Shown piece after piece: positions 12,535 through 26,991 of a stretch of 64,000 bases of DNA; position 1 is the stretch's first letter; each line of letters begins with the position of its first letter. Source of the DNA: Paecilomyces variotii (taxonomy: Eukaryota); NCBI GenBank assembly GCA_004022145.1, contig RCNU01000015.1; one strand, written 5' to 3'. Below the pieces are notes generated by a model. It saw only the letters and a program-made list of their open reading frames with translations, made no database searches and was not told the DNA's origin. A program made the position numbers and the translations under genes.

Positions 12535-13973
12535 CGATATAGACCGGAGTAGCCCGATGTTTGACGTGGTCGCCTTGACATTTGGCGGCCTTCGGATTGC
12601 GATTTCACTGTATATTTGATTGGCATCTGTTCGTCTCATCTTCTCTTCACTCGATCTCGCGGACCATTTGCTTCAGTGGTATCCTGGGAATCGGCATCGC
12701 TTATCTTTTAATTTTCTTCGACTGCATCCAGCCTGCTGCTTTCATCTGAGCAGCCGCTGGTTGACGACGCCCATACCCCGTGACTTATATCTGCCTATGC
12801 ATCATGGGTTGCTTGCTGATCTGCAGGGCGTTTGTAACTTTTTGTCTGCTGGGCTTTGCATTGCCTGTACGATAAGAGGGATTTCTTTGCTGAGTTTGGT
12901 CCCTGATGTATTATGCCCATTGTACCATTTCCCCAGGGACTTATCTGGATGATGCCCCTGTTGACATCTTTGTTCCCATATGATGATGATGCCTCATTTT
13001 GTTTTTGCTCCAGCTTCACTTTTGATCTTTGAAGGTAGATAGTATTTTCTTTTGAAGCTTATTTATAGGCCTCTTGTCGCTGTTGATAGTTGTAAGATGG
13101 ATTGATTCGTCAGTGCATCCTGTGTGATAATGAAGAGACTAGAAGCAAAATAATGTATAGGAGACAGCGGGTCCAACAAATGCTCCAAGGAGTCCAAGGA
13201 GTTCAAAGGTCAGATGTGCCATAATAATAATAACAACTGAGATTAAATTACAGCTCTGTAGATGCCCCCGTCTCATTTCTCTTAGCGGCGCTAAGGTCTC
13301 TCACGGTCTAGATTAGTGTTAGGGGCAGGGCTTCACGAGGCGGTGGATACAAAATAACGGGCGTCCACGCATTCTATGGAGGACTGGACTGACCGCATTT
13401 TGATGCAGCGGACAGTCTACGCATAAAAGACTTCTGTCAGGCAAAGGAGACAGGATCTAGATATACCATAACTATGGGGTCCTCCGTGGATGGCAGACTG
13501 CGGAGATTCGTCCAACCGCTCGGTTTCTTCCGCCTCACAGCCACATGGCCCAGATCGAACAACGATGCTGAGCAGCGTTGACAGGAAACATTGCAGGAGG
13601 TACCGTGGCTCAAGCGTGAAGTTCTCGAAACCAACGGCGCTCATCACGGAGCATGACGAGTCGTCTGGAGCCCCTGAAACGAGGCGTTGTTCTCTCCGGA
13701 CGGAAAGGATGAGCGGCTTCGCGAGGCCCACCGCGGCTCGTCCGCAGTCTAGAAGAACGGCCCAGTGAATGATTCTTTTTCCAGACGATGCATCGCTCTG
13801 TTATTAATCCTTTGCTGCGTCTCTCCTCGTTTTCTGACTTGCTCTTCTTTATCCTGGCTGTCGACGTGTTCTTCTGACCTGCAAGGATGGTGGCTGTTGT
13901 CCCTCGATCGCACTGCAAACGCCTCCTATAAGAGTAGATACAGTCTGTTTGTATTCACAGTCGCCGCCTTATC

Positions 13974-15716
13974 ATGGAGGAATCGCCGGAAACGGTTATC
14001 GACAAGAATGCTGCGGAGTCGACCCAGACGATGGCCTCGCCTCCATCTCCAGATGAGATGCGCGCTTCCAAACGGTCGTCTCTCCCCGCTCGTCCCAACG
14101 GTGCTGCTCGACATGCCAAGCGCATGACCTTGAACTTCCCTATCAATGTTCCCCCGACTCCTACTCTGCGGTCCGACCAGAACTCGCCTTTCCCAGCTGT
14201 CATGACGCCGGCATCACAGTCCTCAGCCTATTCGTCGCCTTCTCTCGCAGCAGCACCGACTCTGATCGATGACTCGACTGATGGATACGATTTCCTGACC
14301 GCGATCGCGTCGCAAGAGCGCAGGGTGCTCGAGCTCCGGGAGGAGCTCCAGCGTGCTGAGAACGACTTGGCAACTCTGAAGAAACAGTGGGCGTTGACGG
14401 AGAGGTCGAGGAAGCGGACACAGGCCAGCCTTCAGGCGGAGGTACTGAAGCCGTTGAAGTCTGATACGTCTGCTGCTGGTGACCAGTCACCCAGCATCGA
14501 TACTCAGAGCATCGCCAGTCTCGACTCGCCATCGGTGGCATCGGTTGCATCAAAGAGGCTCAGCCGCGATCTCGCACTGCGAGAAAGCATCCGTGCTTCT
14601 GGTGACGGAGGGACGTCCATCTCTGCCAACGGAAGACGTGTCTTCCATGGTTCCAGACATACGCGCACACTCTCACTGCTGTCCCCGGATCTGAACGGAA
14701 GTTTCCGGCAGACACGAGATGCAGGGGATGCTAAGAACGATAATATCCGCGCTTCCAGGTCACCGCGGTCAGCTACTTTGCCGTCCATGGACCGTAACCA
14801 TGAGTCTAGAAAGGACTTGGACGACTGGAAACCGATAGAAGAGTCCTTGCATCAATGGCGGAGATCGATACCCCCATCGTCACGCGATGCACTGGTGCGA
14901 ACCGGCAAGCAGATGGCGTCCGATCTCAGAGAAGGTCTCTGGACGTTCTTGGAGGATATTAGGCAGGCTACTGTGGGAGAAGAGGGTATCAGCGCAACGG
15001 AATCCAGAGGGATATCGACAACCAGACGCACCGAAAGGAGTATCACCCCCAGGAGCGGAGAGAGGTCTACGAGTGGCGTATCGAGGTCATCGTCGTCTGC
15101 GTCGAAGGATAAAGCGAGGGACGTGACTAAATCTGGTAAAGACACTAAGCCGGCCGACATTGGAGTGTCGTTTTGGAGTGAATTCGGCATTGATACACCG
15201 GGGCAGACGTCCGCAAGCAGCAGCAGACTGGCAGAAAATACCCCAATCGCACAGAACGAACGAAGAGACTCGAACTCCCAAGACGTTGAAGACAGTTGGG
15301 AGGCGTGGGATTCGCCGCAGTCAAAGAAGACGCATACGCCCACCTCCAGCAGTTCTACGATTCTCTCGAAGAGAGATCAGTCTCCTATCACTCAGGCCAG
15401 CAGTCCCAGAACCAACGCCAGGTAAGTGTTGCATTCTTTCAATCCAATCCCAGAGTCGGATTATGCTTGGACGTACTTGATAGCTGATCATCACAGCGTG
15501 GCTGATTGGAACCCCATCCATCCCGACTCAGTGCCAAACCCGAGTATATCAGAAAGCATCCCGTGGCCGGCTTTGGCCAAGCTGAACACCTCTAAACTCA
15601 CCCGGACGGCATCAAGCCTGATGGCTGAATGGGAACGCAGCCTTTCTTCTTCCCCGGAGCGGCGCCACAGCAAGCGGGACTCTTCGCTCTCGAGTAAAGG
15701 GAGCAAGAGTGATTAG
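13974..15716 (+). CDS. Conserved fungal Ser-rich coiled-coil protein (DUF4048-like)
   Basis: A 483-aa first exon carries the motifs LTAIASQERRVLELREEL and GKQMASDLREGLWTFLEDIRQATVGEE. A GT-AG intron after ~15421 leads to a short last exon (…LMAEWERSL…). Confidence 0.75.
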
Positions 15717-16453
15717 CTGCTGAGCAGCGGCTCTCTTCCCGATTACGATTCTCTTTTCGTATGGTTCTTTTTCTCCCTTTCAACACGTTATATGCGCAAT
15801 GACCAACGACTCCCATGCGGCTCCCGGACAGAGCATGCTCAAACAAGGCTAGCGACCAATGTCGAGCGGACCGACGCAGCATGAATGAAGATGTGCACGA
15901 AATCTCGACCGTTTAAAATATCCTGCTTTCTTTTCTCTCTGGAGGTTGCCAATATGGACCTTGTATTCTTTTTTGAGACCTCGCTTCTTGAGGGTGGATA
16001 TTTCTTGGACTATGGTGTATTTACATTCTCCGTGTACATTTGATGAACCGGCTTTTGTGGCATTATCTAAAAGATTTCCCTTTTTATACTTCTCCATTTT
16101 CGACTATACTGAGCCTTGTTGAATACATTGTCATCCTAGTGATTAGGGGCGAATGTAGACTATATCGCACGGCATATCACGTGGTAAATTGCACAATCTG
16201 CATCTCCCGTCGGCCGTAAAAATAATTTTGCCGCATGGCCATCTCCGCGATTTGCCCGCAGCTGGTGTTCAGTGTCCATTCTACCTGTTTTCAGTCTTTG
16301 TTGGATCGTCACGCAGCAGGCTATACCTTGAGCTTTGCTCTATTCGAAGTCACATTAGCCTAGCTGTGGTTATAGCATACTGTGGGCATCGCATCGCACG
16401 ACATATCCATCAAGGACCCAGCTGCTAGATCGCCTGGAAACAAACAATCCGCG

Positions 16454-17178
16454 ATGAGCTTTCCGGGAATGACACCGCCCATCGGGGGCGCCCCAGGCGG
16501 AGGTGCTACTCAAGGAATGACCGAACAGGAACAAGCAATGGTCAAGGCGGTTAGTCTTTATCTTCCGTGTGTTTGAGTGGTTAACCGCTGTCGAGTTGGT
16601 GTGCGCGGTTATGAAGAACAGCTATCTTGCCAATTGGTTCAACGGTCTGTTATTCTCCAAAGGGCAGTTTAACTGATTCATATAGATGCAATCCGCAATG
16701 GAATCATGTCCAGTGAAGACGATCATTTCAGGAGGAATGGGATTTGCGCTCGGTGGTGCTTTTGGCTTGTTCATGGCTAGCGTAAGTTCCTTAATCTTCA
16801 CTGCCAGCCTGGCTTTGGTACTGACGGAATATCTCTAAATCGCAGATGTCCTACGATTCATCCTTCACTCCCCAGGGCCGTGCAATTGCCGACCTCCCTT
16901 GGCGCGAACAGGTGCGCCAGGGTTTCAAGGACATGGGCAAGCGCTCATGGTCCTCCGCGAAGAATTTCGGTATTGTTGGTGCTTTGTTCTCTGGTACCGA
17001 ATGCTGTATTGAAGGACTACGTGCGAAGAACGATCTCGCCAACGGTGTTGCTGCGGGATGCATCACTGGCGGTATCCTTGGTGCGAAGGCGGGTCCCCAG
17101 GCCGCAGCGGCAGGATGCGTCGGTTTTGCGGCCTTCAGTGCAGCGATCGATGCGTACATGAGGATGCCATCTGACTAA
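16454..17178 (+). CDS. tim22: Mitochondrial inner membrane translocase subunit Tim22
   Basis: Exons 16454-16549, 16686-16781 and 16846-17178. Contains [28 protein letters not shown] and [12 protein letters not shown]. Confidence 0.95.
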
Positions 17179-18626
17179 ATTTGGACGAGACTATTTTCGC
17201 AAAGACAATCACGTTAAGGCTGTGACATTGTGTGTTACGCCTCTAGAGGTCTTGATGAGATCGATAATCAGCCGTCATGATTGAGGGCATGCTATTGGGA
17301 TGGCGTTTCGGTGTTCAGTCGCGATAAAACTCGGGACGCATTGCTGGAGTTATGGTTTTCAATTTGGGACCATCTTTGGACGGTAATCAGGTTCGGCCTT
17401 TTCTTGCTGATAGAGTGCATCGTTGCCACTCTGGCATTGGGTTGCATTACATCGCGCCGCCTTCTGCTACTGGTCCGGCGATAGAGAAAGACTTCAGTTT
17501 CAGGAGTCCTAGCACCTGTTTCCAGCGCCGTGTGGCGTCTTCGGGTATTAGTACGTGGATGAGGACTCCCTACTCACTTGACATTGATGGCTTACCGGCC
17601 TTCTTTGCTGTACATTATTATGTTGTGATTCGAAGATAAACTACGTCTCTTCCCTGTACGAGAAGAATATTCATTTACAACCGACTTCTGGGTTCATTTG
17701 ATTCGATAGTTTGATAATGTATCGATTTTGACATTGAATCTGTTTCTCTGGTCTCCGGTAGCATCTCCCTAACGTCACTTGTGCCTTATCTCCTGCAAAT
17801 ATGCCTGTTTATTCACCGTGGAATGAAATTCAGACGGCAACGAATGATATAGATTAGAGCTTCTCAATTAGACTTGATAGATACCTTTCATGCGGATCTC
17901 GACTGAGTGGCGCAATAGTAGTGTCTTGGGATTGGAAAGCAAGAGTGTACTTAGTATTACTTACGGGCTTTGCATCTCGACTAGTTCAACCCCTCCCTCT
18001 TTCTTGATACATCCAGCCAGAGAAACATTTAGAAACCTGAACTGCATTAGCCATTGTTACCTTAGGAATAGTTATAAATTCTTGTCGATAGGCCCAAGCT
18101 GCCTTGGGCACCTGCAGGAAAGCCTCGTGTTTCGTTTATTGGCCACTGCCACTTGCATCCAGATGCACCGTGAAGCCACCGCTGCATACCATCAAATATG
18201 TTGCATCCCGATGAAATCCGTATCCTTCCATGCTGTGCCACGTTTCACTGGATACGAGAGCATTTTCTAGGAAAGTATGAGGAAGCGGCGATGCAGTGGC
18301 CCCGACCGCAGTCGTGATTGAGCTCAGACCTTAACCAGGATCTCCAGAGTATATAGAGTAAGCTGTCGTCGGCCATGAGAGTCGTGCGATGCTTCTAGAT
18401 CTCCAATATACCATATAGTGGGACTGATCCACCGTGGAAGGGAATCAATCCGATCTGATCTTATCGATAACGATCATCGATCCGCCACTCAGCCCCTGTG
18501 ACGTATTTGGCCTCCGAAAGTATGTATGCTATACATAACACTGTTTGCTAGCATCTTGAACCATTGCGCTCCCGGGCCAGATTGGTACAGTACGTTTTCT
18601 GACTAAACTTACAGTTCTTGAACAAG

Positions 18627-20012
18627 ATGGCTACTGCTACTACCACTGTAAGTTCATCACCGTCTTTTTTCTTCTTAGAAATACTTTAACTGTACCGTAT
18701 GAGCTCACCGTGATCGATGCAGGAGTATCGACGTCAGAAAATAGAGTATTCGGTGGACAAGCCGCTGAACAAGGAGCCTCCTGTGAAGAAACTCATATCG
18801 AGGTATATGTGCTTTGTACCAATTTGATCCAGAAGTTACGCCAAATTGACCATACCTCATGCAGCTTCATTACTCCCGAAGACGCCGCTTACGATCGCAA
18901 CCATGGCCCTATTCCGCATCTTGCAGGGGAGAAACACCGCGTTGTAGTTGATGGGATCGTATCGCGCCCCCTTTCACTCTCTATGGACGACCTCCGGACC
19001 AAATATCCCCAGCATGAGGTCATTTGCGCTTTACAATGTGCCGGAAACCGACGTCACACTATGCGGACTCTCCTGAAGGAAGTCGAAGGAATCGATTGGA
19101 TGGACGCTGCAGTGATGAATTGCAAATGGAAAGGTCCGCGTCTGAGAGATATACTGAACGCTGCTGGCGTGAGAAGCATAGTAAAGCCTGCAAAAGGAGC
19201 GAAGAGCGGTTTGCATGTTGCGTTTTCGTGCTATGCGGTCCAATGCCAGAATGACGATTGGTTTGGCGGCAGTATTGACCTGGATACATGTCTGAGTTTA
19301 GATGCGGAGGTTATTTTGGCCCTGGAGGTGAGTTTTTACGTTCTAGATGCTGCTCAGCTGTTGTTTGCAGTTGCTATTTTCTTCTGCTACCGTTTGGTAC
19401 ATACGTTTGACTGGGTTGGGATAGATGAACGATAAACCACTATCTCCAAAGCATGGTTATCCCGTTCGAGTCGTCATTCCAGGTGTTGCAGGTGCCCGAT
19501 GGGTCAAATGGCTCGACCGAATTACTGTACAGCAGGAGGAATCGTCAAACTTCTACGAACAGCACGACTACAAGATCCTCCCTCCTGAGGTAGTTGATTC
19601 GAAAATCGCAGAGAAATATTGGAACAAAGTCCCGCCCATGACTGATATGCCTATCAACTCTGTCATCGCTGTTCCAGATGACAATGAGACTGTCAGTCTT
19701 TCTCCATCCGGAACTATTGAAGTCAGAGGCTACGCTGTTCCGCGAGGCGATCAAGGACCCGTCACACGTGTAGAAGTTTCGACAGATGATGGCAAATCAT
19801 GGAGTGAAGCCGAGATCCAAAGCAAGCATGTGAATAAGTGGTCCTGGGTGCTCTGGAAAGCATCAATCCGTATTGAAAAAGGGCGTGGAAAACAGATTCT
19901 AAGCAGAGCCACTGATGCAGGAGGGAATACGCAACAAAAACATTCACAGTGGAATTTGCGGGGCGTGGGGTATAATGGGTATGGAGTATCTAGGAATTTG
20001 ACCATCGTATGA
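18627..20012 (+). CDS. Sulfite oxidase-family molybdopterin oxidoreductase lacking a cytochrome b5 domain
   Basis: Spliced reading gives KPLNKEPP, YDRNHGPIP, ALQCAGNRR (Moco Cys), MNDKPLSPKHGYPVRVVIPGVAGARWVKWL and WNLRGV. Three introns. Confidence 0.88.
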
Positions 20013-22805
20013 ACTGTTTGGCTTTGTTACCTTTCAGAGCATGGTGTCTGCGTGAGGAAGTCTTTTGAGTATTCTTACACTTCATCCACAGCATGTTGCA
20101 AGGGAGCTGGTAATCAGAACTTATGGAAGCTAGCCGCATTAACTGAATCGTATCTTTCTACAAAGTAAAACTAGCATCGAAGTTGCAGTGCAGACCCCCA
20201 ACCTAGGAATCTCTGTGAATATCTAGTTTTTATTCAAACATCAATGATGCGGAATCTGGTATTCCCACAAATGAAGCAATGAATATCCAGCAGTGAAAGA
20301 GAAGATTGATAACAGCAGGCATATAATGCCATCTTGCATCTCCTTCGAAGAGCTCCTGTCTTCTCCTCTTATGATATACATGACTACTCCATTTCTTGAT
20401 CCCGGAAGAGACGCACTTTCATTATATACAATCCTAGCAGACCCATTACTATGAGGAGAGTGTACACATCGTCAGATATTATGGATTGAGCAGGTCTTAT
20501 GTCACACTTATTAGAGTCATGTCGATATTTATACATGGTTACATGGAAGATACAATGAGTACGAAGAGAGAAATATGTCGACTCACTCATCGGACTCGCT
20601 CATCAGACTCACTCATCAAGTCTCGTATGTCGACCAGATGATTATGCTGGTACAGCCCAACGTCAATAAGAATGTTCACCTCAACTTAACAGACATAACT
20701 GGTTGCGGTACTGGAAAAGCAACTCGCACTTCGTCTATAAATCGCAGCATGGGGAGGGCATGCGGGAGAAGTGTGGTCTCGGCTATAATGCAGTCCATCA
20801 TAGGATTTATAACCATCTCACCGACATGGGTCTTGCTGCGAGGATTTTTGAGATGGTTAGAAAAAAAATCTAATCATTGGTTGACGAACAGAGAATACAC
20901 TTCTCTGCCCAAGACGACGAGTGGAAGGCACACTTTGTTTACTGGCGATATACACGCTGAGATCTTCACGAGATTAGATCTATGCTAATTGTTTTCCTGA
21001 GGGTGTGCCTATTTCAATGCGTCTTCGACTCCTTCCTAACTTCCTCCTTCTTTCTCTCCTCCGGGCTCTCGACATCTCCTGCTGCATCACTCGCCGCGTG
21101 CTCCGCATACGACGACAAAGTTTGGGTTCTGCAGATCTTTTCAATTTCAGTTTAACGTCGACAGCAAAATCTTATGCATCTCTATTACTATATTACCGTT
21201 ACGGAACTAGCAGGTACGGCCTGGGGCAGGCTGGGACATGACATCACGTGTACTTAGCCCAGTATATTAGCCCTTCCCCTCCATAGAGAGGAATAGCATC
21301 ATCTTCATCATCCCAAGCTGCGATCTTTCGTATCAATTACTATGCACAAATATTCGTTAACTCTATACATCGGTATGGACCTCCCGATTTGCAAGAATGG
21401 GCACTCGCGGTGGTGCTTATACTCGTTTTCCTTTAAATCTGGGGCTAAAGGTTGTCGTGATGACCCAGCTAACCCCCTGGGTAACTATCCCGATGAGAAA
21501 GGGGAGGTCGAACATGAAGCCACAGTCAACTCCGCATTATTAGTGCTATCCATCGAGTAGGGCCAGGCATGAATTTGGCAGAGGTAAGTCGATCGGAATA
21601 ATTAAGGGAATAGACAGCATAACAATACTCATAATAATTGTTATAGTCATAGGATCCATCGGGATCGCCTTGACCTCGATCCTCATTCCACGCCCCGTCT
21701 TTCCCCACCGCTATGATAAACGGAGCAATTAGCCCGTATCTTTATAGCTGCACTAAGAGACAACAGAAATTGCTCCTAGAAGCATGGGCAGAGGCCGGCG
21801 TCCTCGCCAATGGACATTATAAATGGTGGCCAGGAAGTAAATGGCAAGCTGCGATGTCGCGGGCCAATCAACCTAGAACACAAGAGCTACCTAATGAATG
21901 AGTATGTCTCTTGAACTACGGTATGGACTCCTGTGCTCAGCTTCTCTTCACTTGCTCCCTCTCTTCCTCTTCTTTTTGACTTTTTGATTTCTTCTTCCGC
22001 TCAATAGTAAAGTCGCACTTTCTTTCTATGGACAGTGAGTGAAAGAATTAGTTAAAGAAGCCAGTCCCACGCTTCTTCTTCTTCTTATCTCTCTTCCACT
22101 ATGACTACATATGTTATATTACTGAGCAGAGGATAAACAATGAGAATTGGCTTTAAGGCTCTGAAATGAAGGACAGAGAGAGAATGGAGATCTAAGTATG
22201 ATAGCATTCCTTTCAGTGATAAAGAATTCCAGGCTAATAGATCTCGAAGAATCTCATGGAAATCTTTACTCGGCCCTCGAAGCGCGGAATCCTCCTGTCA
22301 TATCGACGGCTTAACGGGCCCCTTCGGCTGGGTCAAAAACGTTCCCGTGAATACAAACTGGAAGAAATCAACAAGCCTATCCATCCCTGGATAGAGTTTA
22401 TATGATTAGAGTTCCAGAACAGGCATCTAGTCTTCAAAACGAAATTGTTGCCACGAGCAAGATACGTATACTTCCACTATTCGTTGTGCAGATTATCCGC
22501 CGTATATGGCAGCAAGAGACGACCGATAGGATTGGAATATTAAACGATGAAGAAAGGAAACCATTCTGGGCAGCGCCTACAAAATATATGAGCAAAAAGG
22601 GGCCTCGAGTCTTTAGGTCGGGAGACTCTGAGATGATCTAACCATTACTAGAGTTATAGGCAGACTTGCGCTTGGCTTCGAATCATATTTTGAGCGAGCA
22701 AACGGGGAAGGTATCCATGGGGGTTATTCCCGCCACCACTTAATAACAACGATTCCTTCGGGACTCATCAGTTATCCTGCAGCCAATGATTTCCTGGTGA
22801 AGTTC

Positions 22806-22891
22806 GCTCATGCCTTTTCCTCGGCGAGCTCCACCCATGGGGATAAATAGCCTGAGCTTGCTAGAGAATCCAAGCGCCAGACAGCCCGAGC
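22806..22891 (-). repeat. Dispersed element, copy C
   Basis: GCTCATGCCTTTT…AGCTCCACCCA…GATAAAT…GAGCTTGCTAGAGAATCCAAGC aligns with 39901-39970 and with 35571-35654. Confidence 0.7.
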
Positions 22892-23330
22892 CTTACGAAG
22901 AGACTCTCAATACCACGGAGCTTCAGAAATATTGATGGGCTATTTATCTAATCCTCCCTGTTCACGGAACTCTTGCATGAGGATTGGCGGAAAGTCTCAT
23001 ACGTTTTCTGGACTGGGGTCAGAGGCGCACACAGTGAGATAACAACAGCTAGAGAGTTTTCACTAGAGAATATGATCAATATTTCAGCAGCTCAATATTT
23101 CTACGTATTCCTTTATATGATATCTTATCTGTGCTCTAATGTAGAAGAGTGGCACAGATCTCCTATATTAGCCGTGCGTAGCTCAATGGCTATTAAGGGA
23201 GAGGTTGAGATGACATTGGCCGCTTGAAGCTAATACTCCATGTCGTTGAAACATGGTTATCGATCTCATTTCGTCATTTGACTCATTATCCCAAGGAATT
23301 ACGCATTGCCATGAAAACCATCCAAACTAT

Positions 23331-24478
23331 TTATATACACTTTCCTCCGTCGACGACGACTTCGGTACCATTGATGAACTGTCCTTCATCGCTCGCCAGA
23401 AACAAAACCGTATTGGCAATATCATTCGGGTCCGTTAGACGACCCAGAGGCACCTGTGCGACGAAGTTCTTTCTGTTCTCCGGGGTATCCGGCACACCGG
23501 TGAACATCTCGAAGAGCCCTGTGCCAGAGAGAAGGGGACAGACGGAGTTGACGCGAATGTTGTGCGGGCCATATTCGGCAGCGAGACCTTTCGTTGCCTG
23601 CAAAAATTAAATTGGTCAACCGTCATGATTCATATTCAGTGAAGGTTGGATACTGGAACGCTATTACTTACGTTGGAAACAGCACCCTTGGTGGCGTTAT
23701 ACCAGACGAGCCCAGGTCGAGGACGGGAAGCTCCCGTAGAAGAGATATTGATCACTGAGCCACCATTGCCTTGCTCGATAAAGCGGGGGATGACGGTCTT
23801 TACAGCATGGAAAATGCTCTTGACATTAACTTGGAAGACACGCTCCCATTCTTCTTCCGTCACTTCCAATGTGGGCTATCCTCGCCGTCAGCTTCAAAGT
23901 GCGAGAAGGGGAAATAAAATAGTTGAGTCCAGTTGATGGCAGCCGTCATGTTATTCTTCTATTTCCCGCGTAGTTTCTCAGGACCATCCTGATCCTTCTT
24001 AAATCATCAAACTCACCTTATTCTTATATGTCGTCCCTGCATTATTCACCAGAATATCCACGCGCCCAAACTTCTCAATAGCCAGATTGACAACGGCATT
24101 CCAGTCATCTACCTTTGTCACATCCTGCTTTTGAAAAATGAGATTTTGCGAATTCTCTGATGCAACTTTCTCTCCATTTGCGGCGTTGATATCTGTGAGG
24201 ATAACCTTGGCGCCTTCGTTGCCGAATCGACGGGCGATGGCAGCACCAAAACCTGAACCTCCACCTACAGAGATTAAAATTGTTTAGCATATCGACGGAA
24301 AAGTTGTGTTTAGCAGTTCACTTAGGTTTGCTCCATGTGCTTCAATGTACTTCATACGAGGCTCGGAGAGGAATGAGGTAAGAGAGCATTGTGGGTAGTT
24401 AGTACTCTATGTATGTATGTACTTACCAGTGACAATGGCGATTTTGCCCTGGAGGCGAGAACCGGGTTGAGCAGCCAT
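23331..24478 (-). CDS. Short-chain dehydrogenase/reductase (FabG/TsaC-like)
   Basis: Spliced reading gives RLQGKIAIVTG/GGSGFG, DILVNNAG, catalytic YNATK (YxxxK), HNIRVNSVCP and VVDGG. Three introns. Confidence 0.9.
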
Positions 24479-24649
24479 GTTGACTACGCAAATATTATAT
24501 TCAATACTAGGAAAATCGAAACGTTGTATATTGAGTTGAGAACTACGAATCTGCTATGTGATGAGCTCAGAAAGAGGGGTTGCTCGCAACATCTCCGATG
24601 ACAGCGGCTATCCGAGGTCCAGAGCTTACACAGTCGAGGACAACTGCTT

Positions 24650-26400
24650 AACTACTCCAAATAGACAGAGTAAGTATCATAATAGCTATAGCTACTTAAA
24701 CCCTGTTCATAATCGCAAATATTTTCCTTTCGCAGCTTCGAGCCATCACATCTTCTCCTGGATGATCTGGCAGAATTTTCTGAGCAGCGAGGCGACCGAT
24801 CCCTATGCGAGCACCTATTGCATTGCCTGCCGAGGTAAGTACGGTGTGTTGTGTTAATCCATATCAATAACTCGGCATACGCTGTAACGACGATCCAACC
24901 ATGAGCCTACGTGGTGCTCCCACATAAGGCTCCCTGATATCATGGTGTCTACGGAGTACACGAGGCTGAACACGCAGTGTCACGAAAACAGGAGAGTATC
25001 GTATTAACTCGCGGGGACGCCAACCTCATGAAGCATATGGTGAAAGCTTATGATGAAGGATCATGCAACGCCGCAAACCAGAGACGTCCGAAGTAAAACT
25101 CACTGTGGGATCGCAGCGAGAATAATAAAGCTTCTCCACTGAGTAATAATATTAAACTTTTGACCTGTCACGGCGGGGAAGCAAATGGCAGATTCCGAGT
25201 CTCCAGAAGTTTGACTTTGCACGTTGCTATTAGCTGTCAACCGGACTCCAGTCGATCTCCGTAATCTTGGTGGAATCCCAGCAGTACAGCTTACCATCGC
25301 TGTGGTTGTCGGTTCGTCCGTGATTCCGCATGGCGATTCTTGTGTAGTTTTGAAACTAGCACTGCAAGGCTCTCATCTGGGCAGTCCCACTTCCTAGTCT
25401 CATAGGCCTTGTCCGTAATGCGGCGCAGGCACACTACTCTTGCACAACGTTGAACTAGAGTATGAGCTATGGAGTAAGTAGAGAGACGGGCCGCATTTCG
25501 GTCCGGGTCCCATGCTTAAGTACCTAAAGTACTCCGTAAGTAACGGGGAGCCGGGGGAGGACGGGCCACTGGCCCACTGATCCTTCGGCAGTTCCTCCAA
25601 GTCCAAGAACTGAGCGAAGGGCGCGCTTGACTTGTTTAACACAATCCCTGCACGACTTCTTTGGGAGAGAGGGGATAAGATCTCTTGGACTCGAGCGTGC
25701 ACATGGAAGTATCTAGCTGGTGAGACGCGCAAACGGCATGAACTCGAGGCCCGTCAGGCAGTCTGATGCCCTGCAAGACAGCAATCTGGAACAGTTTGAA
25801 AAAGCTGGATGTAACCTATCTAGCTGAAGTAACATGCTCAGAAACTGATGGTCATGCCAAGAGGCGACTAACTCATACTTACTTAATGACCGATATGGAC
25901 CGAGAACAGGCCGAATGCTGTCGACAACTTGATCCCTGAAGCATCGTTTGGATATACTCTATCTGGCCGCTATCTACGTCTTCTGATGCATCAAGTGCCT
26001 GCCTCGCTCGTATCAAGCATCTGGAGTTCGAAGTTTTCTCATCATTAACAGATGGGCCAGGCACAGCACCCGACGGGTTGTAATATGGATCGTCCGAAGA
26101 TTGCGCAAAAGGGGAAATAGGCAATTAATTAGCTGGTCGCTGATCCGCCGCAGCGTGGGATTTACCAACCCTAGTGGAAAGAGTATCTCGTATCCGGCAT
26201 TTAACTTCTGTCCAACTCAAAAGCCTCGGCCCACAGAAGAAAATTCTTTCCATGTCCGTCGTAAAAAGATAGTATTATCTTGGAAGGCAAAATATGACGG
26301 TACGGGCTTCCTTCAATCGAAACAGTTTCTTCAGAGGATTGCGTGATCGCATCTCAATTTTCAGTCGCATGCTGAAGCAGCATGGATGTCTTAAGCAGGG
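24650..26400 (-). pseudogene. Decayed Zn2Cys6 fungal transcription factor
   Basis: The minus strand at 26385-26300 reads SACD*KLRCDHAIL*RNCFD*RKP, a Zn-cluster pattern with three in-frame TGA (26361, 26331, 26313). Downstream fragments QEILSPL, GLRR…KLSPYAS and VYSVDTMISGSL resemble the Fungal_trans domain. Boundaries are approximate. Confidence 0.6.
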
Positions 26401-26991
26401 GAGACTGTTCTCCTAGGCCTACGTACCGTAACCTTCGAAGCCTTCATTGAAACTCGGGTATGATATCTAACTAGTGGTTACACGACCCGCGAAAGCAATT
26501 TCCAAATACTCCATACATATCTGAACATACGTGACCATATACATACATATTTCGTTTCCTGGCATTTGCGCAGGAAAGTGACAAGAAAAAGTAATGAAAG
26601 TAGAATATAAGGACTCGTAACACCCGATCCTTTCTGAAATGACACGGCTGTTTTGGGCATACTTCTCATATTCACGGACCCGTATTTATCCAACGAATGT
26701 AAGCTATTGAAACTGAAGCTGTCTCAGATAGCTCGGCATAGATGTGAGAAAGTCAACCAAAAGATTAAGATTAACATTGCCAGGTGAGAAGATTCATTTC
26801 TGAAGGGCCAATAATAAGGCGACCTCCGATTTAGGAAAGATACTTGCGACCATATGTGAGCAAGATAAGAAGGGTATCAACAAAGAAAAAAGTAAAAGGC
26901 TGCGTAATAAGTCAGGATAGACATGCTTTTTGCATAGACGACCGGCACGGACATAGAGCAGTCAAGTGCTAGAACATCGGAAAAGTCCGGA

